A stretch of 64,000 nucleotides of DNA from Guillardia theta CCMP2712 (taxonomy: Eukaryota; Protista; Cryptophyta). The position numbers and the translations under genes were made by a program. The stretch is from positions 593,238 through 657,237 of the forward strand of contig NW_005434669.1 in the NCBI RefSeq assembly GCF_000315625.1, in the 5' to 3' direction. Numbering within the stretch: position 1 is the stretch's first letter; every line of letters begins with the position of its first letter. The notes under the pieces are model-generated. The model made no database searches, was not told where the DNA came from, and saw only the letters and a list, made by a program, of their open reading frames with translations. Shown piece after piece: positions 25,665 through 38,900 of the stretch.

Positions 25665-26975
25665 TCACTTCTTGCTGGGAGGGCCGAAGGAGTACATGGG
25701 CTTGCCTTGAAGGGTCCGGATGGCTCGAATGAGAATGCCCTGGCGGTTCTAGTCAGTCACTAAACGGGCAGCAGGGTCAAGGTCTCGAGGACAAGCACCA
25801 TGAGGGCTCCTGGCAGAAGCAAGATTGAGAGAGCCACCTCAGCTGCCATCAGCCTGCTGGTCGATTAGCGACCTCCTGCGATTGAGATGCGCCCACCTCA
25901 TCGTATGCAGGAGGAGAGACGGTGTAGCTTCCGAGTTAGCCTCAGAGCCTAGAGGAACAAGACTCAGCCAGAGGAGGGGCGTCTGTGAGCTGGAGGAGGG
26001 GCGTCTGTGAGCTGGAAGGGGGGCAGGTCGACTCACTGGGACCCACAACTCGAAAGGGCTTAAGCCTCAAGCTCCCTTGCCATGCGACATGTCGATATAC
26101 AGACACGAGAGCTGCTCTGTAGCCCGCGGACATGGCCCGAGCAAGACTTCCTATCCAGCCTGTGATCCTTCAGATGTGAGCAAAAGCAAGCGCGTGGGAC
26201 CTTTTCTGTCCCTGGCGAAGCCTCCGCCCTGTCGGAACAAGAAGATAGAGAATTGAAGGTAGCATGCGCAGATAAGCTGTAGGATCTTGGTAGGGTTGGA
26301 ACTGGGGATGTTTTGAATATAGTCGATCCATGCAGGAGCAAGTCCGGAGTCTCTCGCTCCCTTGAGCATGATGTCCTTGTAACGAGCTGACGGCGGGAGC
26401 TCATACGGTTTGGCCGAGTGAGAAGAAGCAGTGAAAGCAATAGCCTTCACTTCCCTCCCGTCGTACGTCTTAGCGAGCACCACGGTCTCGTCGTATGGCG
26501 GCTTGGCAGCTGACCCTCCTTCCGACAGCCACAAGCGCTCATACTCCTCCCTGCCCAGCTCCAGCAGCAGCCCATGGCAGCATTCGTCGCTTGTTGCACT
26601 GGTCAGCGCTGCCATGCCGGGTTCGAGTGGGGGGAACATGGGCATGTTGAAGGCCAATCTGAATCCCTCGACATATGCTGGGCATGTCGACTTGGTGGTG
26701 ATGGCAGTGCCGTTGGCGCCTCGGGAGTTGCGCTTGTCTGGGCTGAGGTTGCTCCCGAACGCAAAGTTGTAAACGACGTCAGCCTGGACTTCTCTTGGCC
26801 TGGACCTCTCGGAGCCCACAGAAGTAGATGGAGGCCTTGGCTCCGTGATGGACATGGAGAGCGTCCTCAAGTTTCTCCTCGTGAGTCTTGAAGGGCAGGT
26901 TGTCGGGAAGGAGACGAAAGCTGAGGCAAGAGAAAAAGCTTGAAGCAAAGAGAGGGCAAGGTAGAGGAAGCGCAT
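25665..26975 (-). CDS. Gamma-glutamylcyclotransferase (GGCT/AIG2-like fold) with bipartite plastid-targeting presequence
   Basis: Signal peptide MRFLYLALSLLQAFSLASA|FVSF followed by an S/T/R-rich transit peptide; GGCT motifs YNFAFGSNL, GFRLAF, HGLL..L, LWLSEG, PSARY..IMLKGA...GL..WI; further short exons end GILIRAIRTLQGKPMYSFGPPSKK*. Confidence 0.8.
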
Positions 26976-27202
26976 GGTGTTTGAAGCTAGAAAGTTGGAT
27001 GTTCTTCCCTGCCTGCTCCTTGATCTCACACTGTCTCTTCTCTCACTCTCACAAATAAGCTCCTTGTCTCTTCTCTCTCACTCTCAAACAAACTCCCCTC
27101 CCCTCGTTAATCTTGTTTATATCTTAGGTTGGACTCATACCGCCCGCAGTGCGCCATGGGCCACGGAGCAATGGCGGCGGCAGGGACAGCGAACGCCGTG
27201 AG

Positions 27203-29441
27203 GATGGCGGAGGCGAGATGCAGGAGTGCGATAATGGAAGCCATGGCAGAGGTAGAGAAGATGCTGCGCATGCTGCCGCTTCAAGCACGAGAGAGGCGGG
27301 TGGGCATGAGGCAACGATGCTCCTGGGAAAGGGACTCTGCTGGAGACAATTCAGGGGAGCATGCGATGATGGGGGGCGTGCAGAGGGAGGAGAAGGGAGA
27401 GCAGCAGCTGACGATGGCAGTGACTCTTGCTTGCCTTCCTGTAGGGGGGTGACTGCAACGGGAAGCTCTCCTCAGACCGGCTGACGCAGATCGTGAGGAA
27501 GGAAGGATGGCCTGCGGCCTTTCGGCGAGTGTGTCCGTCATGTGCCCTCCTCTGCTCATCCCTGCGGCAGACCTCTGATGTGGGCGAACTGCGGTAACGC
27601 GTTGAAGAAGAAGGCGGAGGATGAGAGCGGCATCACCTACCCGGCCTTGTGAGGATCAGACGGGGGGGTGGCGACCGGCGCTGATGGACATGCAGGCTGG
27701 CGTTCCGAAGGCCGCCACAATCCAACACGTAAGAGAGGGAGGGAGGGAGGGAGGGAGGGAGGGAGGGAGGGAGGGAGGGAGGGAGGGAGGGAGGGAGGGA
27801 GGGAGGGAGGGAGGAAGGAAGGGNNNNNNNNNNNNNNNNNNNNNNNNNNNNNNNNNNNNNNNNNNNNNNNNNNNNNNNNNNNNNNNNNNNNNNNNNNNNN
27901 NNNNNNNNNNNNNNNNNNNNNNNTCACCCTCCCACGAAAGTCAAATATTCGACTTGCCCCCCCCCCCCCCTCGACTTCTCCCTTCCTCACTCGAAAAGAA
28001 ATCTTCCTCCCCTCCTCGGCCTCGCTGACCCGGTAGCGTCCTCCCGAGGTCCTGACGTAGCGATGAGCATGCTTTTAGTCTCAAGCCTCAAGTTCACTCG
28101 GGAGGGAGGGGAGAAGAAGGGTATACAACATGCTGCTTACACTTGGTGATGTTGATAGATTCATCTCCGAGATTGAACGAGTGAACTTGAGGCTTGAGAC
28201 TAAAAGCATGCTCATCGCTACGTCAGGACCTCGGGAGGACGCTACCGGGTCAGCGAGGCCCAAGAGGGGAGGAAGATTACTTTTCGAGTGAAGAAGGGAG
28301 AAGTCGACTACGAAACGTGCTCGTCGCATACTCGACTTTCAACCCGACAGGTCAGATCATTATCACGATGGTTGCGACGAGTTGATAGAAACAACAGTGG
28401 GATACTGTCAGAGCATGAACTTCCTGGCGGCGATCTTGATCCTGCAGGTTCGGGGTTACTGTGGTGCAGCCTTGCAGTTTGCATGTGACGAGTGAGCTAG
28501 ATTGATGAAGAAGAAGCTGCTTTCTGGGTACTGGCTACTGTCGTCGAGCGCATCTTACCCATGTACTATCACCGCTCGCTCCTCGGGCTCTCCATCGATC
28601 AGGTGGCATTTCCTCTGCCGTAGCGAGCTCATGGCGAGGCTCTCAGGCGGTTTTGAAAGATTATCTCTGCGCGGAGATGCCGGCGGTATGCAAGAAGTTC
28701 GAGGTGATGACCGTCAGCCCCGAGACTGTGGCAGAGGCTGACAAGAGCCGCAGGAGCTCTCCTGCGACCTTTCCTTCGTCTCCACCAACTGGTGACGGCA
28801 AATGCAGTACCATGACGGCAGTAACGCCCTGTGGGTCTCAGGCTCCTCTGCATCTTCATCAACAGCCTCTCCTGGGACTGCGTGAACCGAATCATGGACA
28901 TCCTCCTTCATGATGGAGACGCTCAGATTCTCCTCCGTGCTTCTGCTGCTGTTGTGAAGCTCATGCAAAACAAGGTCCTGCTCAATCTCCCTCTTTCCCT
29001 TCCCTCCTCCTCCTCGTCATTGTCATCGTCACTATCACCTACACCGCCGCAGCCACCTTCTCACTCCCCTTACTCTCGCTACTGCTCCTCGTCTCCCTCA
29101 TTTCCTCGTTTCTTCAAAGTCTCTGTGGATCTATTCCAGCTCTCCTCACTATGCAGCAGATCCTAGCTTGCAAGACGCAGGAGGACCTGCTGATGGTGCT
29201 AAAGCCCAAGGAAGGAACGCTCACCCTCGAGAAAGGTTCAGCACTTTGCCTCCTGCTCCTCTCATGTGGCGGTGCAGGCAAGGCGATCGAAGCAGATCAA
29301 CTCATCAAGGTTGTCTTCACTGCCCTCCCCCCCATCCCGGACTTGCCGCAGCGTCGAGCTCTCCTGGACCAGTCGTTCCGTGACAAACTTCGCTTCTCTC
29401 CCCATATTCAGCTTGCCCCATGTCCAATCGCAGGCATCTGA
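27203..29441 (+). CDS. TBC-domain Rab GTPase-activating protein (ends approximate; spans an assembly gap)
   Basis: RLTQIVRKEGWPAAFRR..W, IER/DLGRT (IxxDxxR arginine finger), LRNVLVAYS..VGYCQSMNFLA (YxQ glutamine finger), EEAAFW, VNRIMDILL. Confidence 0.85.
27735..27923. repeat. (GAGG)n microsatellite running into a 100-N assembly gap (27824-27923)
   Basis: Directly visible. Confidence 0.95.
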
Positions 29442-29652
29442 GGAGGAACCTTGGCGTGACAAGGGTCAGTCCAGACAATCCCAGCAACTTGTACATATCC
29501 ATACGCCATCAGCATCTGAATTAATTGCTGAAGCAAGTTCGATGTGCTTAAATCAGAAGTGTAATGAATGGTTGACAACATAAAGATTTGAATTGAATAG
29601 AAACTGAGCGCTGCTAGATCTGGAGATCTACATCGACCAGCACCTCAGCTGC

Positions 29653-32485
29653 TCATGCTGCTCCACCCTCATGAGTCTGCTCTGGCGCCTTGATCCTGTC
29701 GGACAGATGCTTCACTGCCTCGGCTAGCCGCTGCTGCTCGCTCTCAATCTTAGCCAACTGCATCCAGCACAGCAGTCAGTGGAAGGAGGCAGGAGGGCGA
29801 GAAGAACCAAGGCGAAGGGCTAAAGCAGAGAAGAGGCAGGAGGCAGAAGGCGAGGGAGCACGAGATACAAATCAGTTGGTCAACCTGCTGCTGGAGCTGC
29901 TCGAGCCATGCTGGGGCTGCGGCAGCGGAATCTTCTCCGCCTTTCGCGTCCTCCATGGTCAGCGCATGGGAAGTGGCAGCAAGGCCACGAGATTCGGAGG
30001 AAGTTCTCCGATGAATGCTGACAGTCGATCCGTGCCTTGCTACCATCCCCACCTGACAACAACCTGAGAAACTCTTGGACGACCGCAGGTAGAAGCACCG
30101 TGAACAACTTTGACTTGTCTTTCCCTTCCGTTCGCCGCAGCTTGTGGCTCAGCAAACCCCACATGACAGCTGCACGTTGTGCCGTACTGATTGCAAAGGT
30201 GCCATCTATTTTGTCGATGTTTTGCCTCTGAAACAAAGGCATGCTCTTGGCGAGGCTGTTGAGCTCCTCTTGAAGGACAGCAGAGTGTTGCTGAAGGACG
30301 CTGCGAAAGTCTCTGGTGCTGATCTTGATCGCGACGATGTTGGTCTCCGCCGTCATCCTCAAGTCGACGTCCTTCAGCCCTATCAGAGACGAGGCTCCCC
30401 AGCTGGCCTCGCCCACAAGGGACCAGTCACCGACATAATCGCTCTTCTTCAGCGTCATGATCGTCTGCTCCAGTGACTCGACCTTGGCACTCCCTCTGGT
30501 GATGATGTAGAGCCCGTCGCTCGTGCTGCCGAAGTCGAACACCTTGCTCCCTTGGAAGTAGGTCAGACTCTGAGTCACCACCCACAGGTCAAGGATCAAG
30601 GTCATCTTCTCCGGATGCTCCAGGAGAGAGAAGAGGGGGACCCGCATGATGACGTCACCGTCCATGTAGGAGAGGAGCTTCTCGTTGAGAGAGGGAGGCA
30701 GGAAACGGAGGACCTTGTCCCTCTCGCTGCCTTTCTGCTTGTGCTCGTGGTCGAACTTGACCCAGTTCAACACCTCCGTCTCTATGGTCCGAGGAACATC
30801 ATAGTCTCTCAGCAAGTCAACGACTTGCTGAACCTTGGAGTCTTTGTCTCTCGTCACGCGCTGAAACTGATGCACAGCCTCCTGCACCTCCGCCAAGAGA
30901 ATCCCGAACAGAATCGCACCGATCTGCATCAGGATGATAACGAATCCGACTTCAGTCGGGTTGTTTGCGCTGATGTCACCGAATCCAACTGTAGTAAAGA
31001 TTGTGACGATAAAGTAGAAGGAGATCAAATATTGCATCAGCCACTTAGGCTCTCTGTTCGCGTGTTTGCTCTCAAGCAACAAGTCAATATCGTCATCGCT
31101 CAAGACTTTCAGCAGCCAGAACAGGCAGGCACTTGCGTTAATGATGATCGCCATTACCAACACAACGAGAATAAGCCTCATGACGACTGGAGGAATTCGC
31201 AATAAATCTCCGATCGTGCTCGCAGTGGAGCTTGACTTAGCGACTTTCAGAACCTTCAAGAGCTTGAATATTCTGAGAGGCTTGATGATTCTAACCAAAC
31301 GCAGCATCACTGGGTTTGACAACTGAACGCTGTTGCTGCCTTCACAAGTCGACAAGATGGACATTTCTATGTAAGAAATGGGAACTGATGTGATGGCATC
31401 GAACAAGAACCCATGTCGAAAGTAGTGCTTTGCTACAACCGAACGCTCATAAAGGTACCGCCCCTTGAAGTTTGTTCAACGTCAGACAAACACAGAAACA
31501 AGTCAGACTCATGATTGAAAACCTGGAAGAAGATGCCAGTGTTGAAAGACAAGATGATATCCCTGAAACAAACATCTTGATCAATATATGCAGTCAATCT
31601 TGACAGTCACTCACGACAAAAAATAAGAATCCACGAAGACCTGCGTTCAACAGGAGCATCAGATATTCCAACTTGCTAGTGTGCAATGGGTATCACGTCG
31701 AAAGGAAGAGTTGGAATAGGCGAACAAACATCTCGATCCCAGAAGAAGGCGATTGTGATGGGAGTGACGATTGCTGTGTACAGCAGCAGACTAGCTCCAA
31801 GCAAAAGCCACACTGTCCCAAACGGCGATGCAGGGTGAATCAAGCCGGCACGAAGGTTTTGACGTTCCTTTGGGATGCCAAAGACCCACAGCAGACATGA
31901 ATGATGCTGAGAGAGGAGTGAGAATCAGATCGGACTGAGCTCGCGGTCAACTACCTCATCTTGATTCACCGTCGCGTCTTCATCAAGCATGTCCGTCCTA
32001 AACATGGAAGCTGATTTCTACAAAGATAAAAGAGCGTCAATAGAGCAAAGCGAATGGTCCAGAAAATGATTGGTACTTACATTCAAATCACGATGGACCT
32101 TCTCCTCAACCACTTCCTGCTCTCTGTCTTCGGATGCATAACTACCTTCTTGGAAAGGCGACAGATCGCATCTTTCATTGGACTGGATAGGTTCATCTTT
32201 GCCGAAGACAAATGTTGCTGATGCTGTTTCCCTCACTTTACGATTCTCCACTGGTACAAAGTTGAAGTCCGAGCTTGATCGTTGAGACTCGGAACTTTCA
32301 TTAACGACATCTGAGGGGCCGAGCATGGTATGAAGGCAAATGACTTCACTGCTGTCCTTCAGGTATGAATCTTGCTGAGGAGATGAGAGGACATTCTCTT
32401 GAAGGTGAGGAAGCAGAGGGGGGGGATGATATAGGCTGACCTCCCCTTCCCTCTCCGGGTCCTTCCAACTCCGAACTGCTTGCAT
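29653..32485 (-). CDS. Voltage-gated K+ channel with C-linker and cyclic-nucleotide-binding homology domain (KCNH/HCN/CNG superfamily)
   Basis: S4 MLRLVRIIKPLRIFKLLKVLK, pore TIFTTVGFGDI, S6, C-linker (LPPSL..RVPLF), CNBD (GLYIITRGSAKV..YVGDWSL); short upstream exons encode S1-S2 (31.4-31.9 kb) and an N-terminal extension. Confidence 0.88.
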
Positions 32486-32863
32486 TGGAACGGATCAGGT
32501 TGCAACGACCACCCCTAGTAAAGCCATGGAAATGACCGGTCTTAGAGTACATATTGAGATGCTCGATACTGAATGGGGAACAAACAAAAAATGGTTTCAT
32601 TTTCCCTAGGACCGGGTCCTACTCTCCTGGTTCATACTGAAGTAAGTTCCTAGTACTCGGGTCGTATGTGTGGCCTACTAGGAATATGGTAGGACCCAGT
32701 CGGTAAGCACAAGTCGGTCTCAGAGTCTCGACCGCAACCTGTTGGTCTCCTGCAGGAGTGACTGAGAGGTTCGAGTCAAGCGATCCTGACTGCGACTTAC
32801 AGGCTGCGGCTGACTCTGCGAACTCCCGCCCACCGCACGCGTCTCTGCAAGCATGTGTCAGAT

Positions 32864-34260
32864 CTATTTCAGAGCCCCATGCACGTCCAGCAGACCTGGA
32901 GCTGCAGCTGATGAGGTAGAGAGAATTTTCTTGAGGCCATGCTTGACATGTCCCAATCGGCTTCGTAGTGAAGACAGGGGGGGTTCAGCAGGCGGCGCCG
33001 GCGTGCAGACATTGTCCGCGCTGTCCTCACTTGATAGCAAGCTGGGATCATGGAGCACCCGAGAGTCATCAAACACAGTCGCCTTCTCACTTCCTTCCTT
33101 GAGCCTTTCTTTCTCTCCGACCTTGTCATTCTCCCTGCGACGAGCCCTTCTGACATCGTGCTTCCTTTCGCCAACATCTCTGAAAGTCTCAACAAGACTT
33201 TGATCATTCATCTCGCGACTGACTACTTCTCGACCAGACAGGCGATGTCGCCTTTGTCTATCGCCGTTGTTTTCTAGACTGAGAGGTTTCTGCCGTGAAG
33301 GAGAGAGGCTTCCCTCATCTGCTTCATGATGATCACCTGGCGCGCTCATCTGACTAGATCTCGATCTCATGAATTCCGAAGTTTCAATACTCCGAACTAG
33401 GCGAGACCACCAGCTGTTTGATCCAGTCAGAGAGCTTTGAGAGATGTACAGTTCACCTGAAATGCTGAGTCCGAAACTTCTCGGCTTCGAACTGTTGAGC
33501 GGTGATTGGTTCAGGGCGTCTACAGTGAGCCATCAAAAGAGTCACCCTGAGAGCCTTCATGTACGTTGCACCCAAGAAAGAATGATCAACAAGCCCAAAT
33601 CGTCCTGCAGATGGAAAGCTCTCAGTGCTTCACCGACTCCTTCTTACCAACCTCCTGCAACAGGATGCAAGAAGATGAAAGACGTTCCATCTTGCTCAAC
33701 CTGCACTCCTGGCGAAGGAATTATGCATCAGGCGACATAATAAATGCATGTCGACACCTGGAGGGAAAGCAGGAGATTTTCCAATGAAAGAAAACCTGTG
33801 TGCGTGTTGGGAGGCGAACGAGAAGGAATGGAAGTAGAACAAACCACTTGCGGCCCTCGTCATCACTGGCGTTTCTTCTCAGCAGGATACCGTGCTGCTA
33901 GAGCGATTCATGGAGGAAGGGGCAAATCCCTCTCTCAAACCTGTGCGCTCGCAACGCCCTCAGCCTCGAGCTTCCTGGCGCAACTATGCGATGAGTGCTC
34001 GGGATGAAGGCGGAGAAGGTTCCAAGTGACTCACTTGAGCGCCTTCGATGCTCGAGCATCGATGTACAACATGGGCTCATTCGTGCTGTCATGAGCTGAG
34101 GAGAGACAACATGTACGAAAGGACGACATCACCTGTAGTAGTTGACAGTGTCGCCGTAGTCATCGTTGGTCAGGCTGCAGGAACTGATAAGAGGGTGTTT
34201 ACAGTTGCCGCAAGAAAACCTCGATGCTCCACCAAAAACAATCACCAAGATTCGAGCCTA
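32864..34260 (-). CDS. Hypothetical multi-exon protein (extent uncertain)
   Basis: Long final open frame 32864-33370 with charged low-complexity sequence plus upstream coding-like fragments; no domain recognised. Confidence 0.35.
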
Positions 34261-34929
34261 CATGGAGTCAATCGATGCACTGAAACGGAAATGGTCGCCA
34301 CCCGCTGAGCAACGCTGAGAAATTTTTTGCACAAGAAAGTGATCAAAGCCCCCTGACTATGAGCGATATGTACTACAATCCCTAGCAAAACTGTGAATGG
34401 ACCATATTTTTTGCTTGGGACCTCGTTTCACCGTCCTTTCCAACCTCACGCAGATGCAATTTCAAATGTTCAGCTAGATCTTTGACTTCAGAGGTCTCAA
34501 CATTGAAAATCTGACAAGGATATGAGATAGTTCGATTCAGAATTTGATTTCTAACCTTTTGTCGGGCAGCCTGTGAAAGATCCGCAAGTGCACCTGCAGT
34601 CTTGTTCCAGAAAGGATAGCAATCACAACCAAACCTAGGATCACATCATCATTTCAAATTTTTTTGGATGAGAAAGAGCTTTGAAAATCCACTTACAGTC
34701 CGCTGATGACGGATGCGGCTGTCAAGCAATCGCGCTTGTCTGTGCGTATCCCATTGATGTACGTCAGACGTACCCTAAAAACAGGCTCATCCGAGTACTT
34801 CACAATGTCTTCACGACAGTGACAACTCATGGGACTGATGTCTTGCAAAAAGTTGGGCATGACATAGACAGCTTACCAGATGAAAGGATTACTTTGCTGT
34901 CTCTTTCACAATTTGTGCCTGTCTACCTG

Positions 34930-35456
34930 TCTACCTGCCTGCCTGCCTGCCTGCCTGCCTGACCCCTTTACCACTCCAATGTTCTTCTTACATCTCTCCC
35001 TCCCTTCTTACATCTCCCTCCCTCCCTCCCTCCCTCCCTCCCTCCCTCCCTCCCTCACTCACTCACTCACTCACTCACTCAAACCCTGCCTAAAAAAAAA
35101 AAACGTCTACTGGCACAGATCCCAATGGCTCTTCCCTCCAGAACCACAAAGTACCTCGGGGCCTCCCTAACGCAGCCTCACCCTAAAATTCAGTGGCGGC
35201 TGCTTGAACTACAGCAGATCCTTCCTGCCAACCTTGGGCGGTCTAATTCCGTGCAAGNNNNNNNNNNNNNNNNNNNNNNNNNNNNNNNNNNNNNNNNNNN
35301 NNNNNNNNNNNNNNNNNNNNNNNNNNNNNNNNNNNNNNNNNNNNNNNNNNNNNNNNNTCCCTCCCTCCTTCATTCACTCACTCACTCACTCACTCACTCA
35401 CTCACTCCCTCTCTTCCTCCCTCCCTCCCTCCCTCCCTCCCTCCCTCCCTCCCCCT
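34930..35456. repeat. (GCCT)n/(CCCT)n/(CACT)n microsatellite complex flanking a 100-N gap (35258-35357)
   Basis: Directly visible. Confidence 0.9.
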
Positions 35457-35964
35457 CCATTTCTCATCACGTTCTGTTTCACCCTCACCGCATTGCATTG
35501 CGACGTAGCAAGTTTTTTAAGCTTTACAGTTGTAACCAACCGGCGGCGGGCCGGGTAATCGACCCGGCAGCGACACTGAGGGATTGACACGAGCAACGTT
35601 TTTTATAAGTTAACCGCAGTCGTAAAGTCTTTTTTACCTGTGTAAGGCTCTTGCTAGGACCATGCTAGACCATGCAGTGCCTATCAACTTTCATGTCTGC
35701 CGCAATGGTCACAGAGTGGGGGCCACGGAGAGAAGGATAGACCGTCGGACGGGCTTGATGGAGATGCTCTCCATAACCTTCCTTGATGAGCAGAACCTCA
35801 CGTGAGCTCAGTCTACTTGACGGCGCTGTTATGCATGCTTGTCAAATATCCATCATAAAGTGGCGATTGACCCCGACGTATTTGGTGTTTTGATGTAGAT
35901 TCGGCTTCCCGTCCCCTGCATCTCGGCCACAGCTTATCCTCTTGTATATTTGCAGTCAGTCTCA

Positions 35965-38900
35965 ATGAAGAGCGCCAAGCAAAAGTCGCAATATAGCGGT
36001 CTGCTGTCGGGACTAGAAGATCATGAATCCGACAGCCTCAAGTTCGGGGATCAGATAGCTCTGATTCCGGAAGGACAGAATGCCATCTTGATGCACTCGG
36101 GGTGAGCTCTCTCTTCAGAGCTCAAAGTTTCATATTTCTCCTGACATCTGCATCATTGCAGGTCTTTGAAAAGTAGACCACTGATCCAATTTTTCAATCA
36201 AGCTGTCACGATGCCGACAAACATGTTAGACTGTCGGTGGAGAATATTCCCCAAGTGTCAGTACGAGGCATCGAAAGCGCTCAAGAAGATCCAGAAGAAG
36301 AGAGCGTGGGATGAAGGGAAAGGTCTTGCTCTGCCTCCTAGGCCAGGAAAGTTTGAAACTGTAGATGACGTGGCGTCCACTTTTGCAGCCGAACACAACT
36401 TGCATAACGTGGAGGCAGTGAAAGAAGTTGTACAGAGTGTCGCTGCCATGGAGGAGGAGAAAGAGGCAAACACGGCCGAGCTGACAAGGAGGCAAGGGAA
36501 GATTATACTATTCGGAGACAGCATCCAGTTGCAGCACGTGGCTTCGGGGTTGTTCCTCACCGTTTCGAAGTTGCGCGGGTTCGAGAAAAGCACTCGAGCG
36601 CTGGAGATGACGGACCGAGGGAGCGATCACGCCATCTTCCGGGTGCAACCAGCTTTCAGAACTTACGGGCAGGGCGAGCCGATCGGATCTGGAGATCTGG
36701 TCGTGTTTGTCAGCGAGAAGAAGGTATTCGGTACCACGATGTTCTTTCACGTTAGCTCGACAATAGGCCAGGATCTGGTCCTCCAAGACAAGCTCCTCGA
36801 CGAGAATCAGCTGAGCTTGAGCTCAGATGGTCGCACGGGAGTAGAAGAGCTCTGCTCTTCTCCTACTGACGTCAAGATGACCATGTTCCGGCTTATCATC
36901 TTCCGGCAATGGGACCTGCCGGAGGAGCAGGAGGCGTTTGTATATGGAGAAGACGTAGTATGTCTGTATCACAAGGACTTCGAGTCTTACCTCGAGTATG
37001 ATGGTCACGGGATCAGTCAACCGGTGTTCACTGAGAGCCAGCGGACTTCGGAGAAGGCTAGAAAGAAGAGTTACTGGATGTGGAAGCTGGAAAGAACCTC
37101 CCTCGTATCAGGAGGGCAGAAGCTATACGCCATGGCGCAACAGTTCCGGATGAAGCATCTTCCGTCAGGCATGTACCTATGTGTGAGCGATGACAAGACT
37201 GTGGGTATGACATCGGACGTGAACGACGAGAACACGTTGTTCACGTTCAAGCCCTTCTCCAAGGAAGAGACTGTACAGCCCGTGAAGGCCGGTTCATCCG
37301 TGTACCTCATCTCTAGAGCTCATGGTTGGATCATCGCAGAGCACTCAACGATGAGACCCAACGACGACGAGATCGCCAAGAGATACCGCAGGAGGATTGC
37401 AGTTCGTTCGTTGGACCAACTCCCCGAGCGAGATGTTCTGACTTTGATGCGAGTGAATGCAACAATGACGTCGAATGTTCTCAAGGTTGAGAATACCCTC
37501 CATGTTATCAGGTCCTGAGCTCTGACTTCATCCTAGGTTTCCAAGACCATATCCGTCCTCAAGACTCTCTTGTACCATAGGCTTGCTCGATTGCCAGATT
37601 TCCAAGGCGAGCTGCAAACGTGAGGGAAATGAACAACATCGTTGTCTTTATGACGATGTTTGATGACGCAGCACCTTGCCAGAAGAACTGCCGGGGCAGG
37701 CTGAGCTTGTGATCAAGATCTATGACGACGCTCATGGTCTCACTCAGCCTCACCTGCTTCGACTGCTTCTCAACGCTACCTACGACGACGACGACAACCC
37801 CATGTCTCGGGACGGAGTTCCGAATAGGCTGCTGCAGAAGCTTCTGCGGGAGACGTCCTGCATTGAAACCGTCATGAGCATCCTCGATGAGACCTTCAAG
37901 AAAGGAGTTCACATCCGATGGCTGGAGGCGGAGGACGCGAGGTTCAGCAGGATGGTGGAGCTGATGAGGTTGATGTACAGGCTCATGAAACAGGTGGTGA
38001 AGGGCGACGAGAAGAACTCGCTGGTGCTGATGCGATACAAGAAGACCATCCAGTCGCATCTCGGCCGAAGTCTTCAGTGCACGGGCACACTCATGGAGAT
38101 GTACGTGGGCAAGCGGAAGCTGCTGATGAGCATCACGAGGGAGGAACTAGAGATGGTCTTCCGCCTGCTAGAGGAGGAGAAGAACTCTCAGTACCTTGAC
38201 CTCCTACTCTCCATCTGCTCGCACCAAGACACACCCATCCCTTCCAATCAGCTCCACGTCGCTCACCTCCTCGGCGAGAACCGCACCATCCTCCCCCGCA
38301 CGAGGATCACTAAGACGATGGGAGGAAGAACAAAGCTGGAGTTCTCCATCTCCGACTCGAGGGGCTCCCCCCTCCCTTGGATCGACGTTTCTCAGCTGCA
38401 GAGCAGGGGAACCTTCCTGCACGGCAGGGACCTTTGCTCCGACATCCTACTCGCTTCCTACATGGACTTGAGCCCCCAGCAGAAGATGGTCAGATTCTTC
38501 ATCCGCAGCACAAACTTGATAGGGCGGGTAGCGCTTGGCCGCAACGTGCCAGCCATCAACAGGATGTTGAACATGCCGGAGTTCTGTTTCGGTTACGAGG
38601 ATGTTCTGTCGGTGATGGAAGAGGAGAGCGTTCCGTCGTTGATCCGCGCTCAGTATTCGCTCCTCTTGCTCCGGCTCTACATCGACCGAGAGCCTCGAGC
38701 ATCTGAACCTGAGGTGTTGTACACGAGGATGTCTCGGATGATCCAGGAAAGGAACAGCCACAGCAGGGAGGAAGAAGGGGAGGGAGAGGAGGAGGAGGAG
38801 GGCCGGAGGGGGAGCGATAGAAGGGGGGAGGAGGTCAAGGGAGAGGTCGAGACGGGGAGGAGGTTAAGAGATCTCTCGCTCTATCTGCTCAGGATGATCG

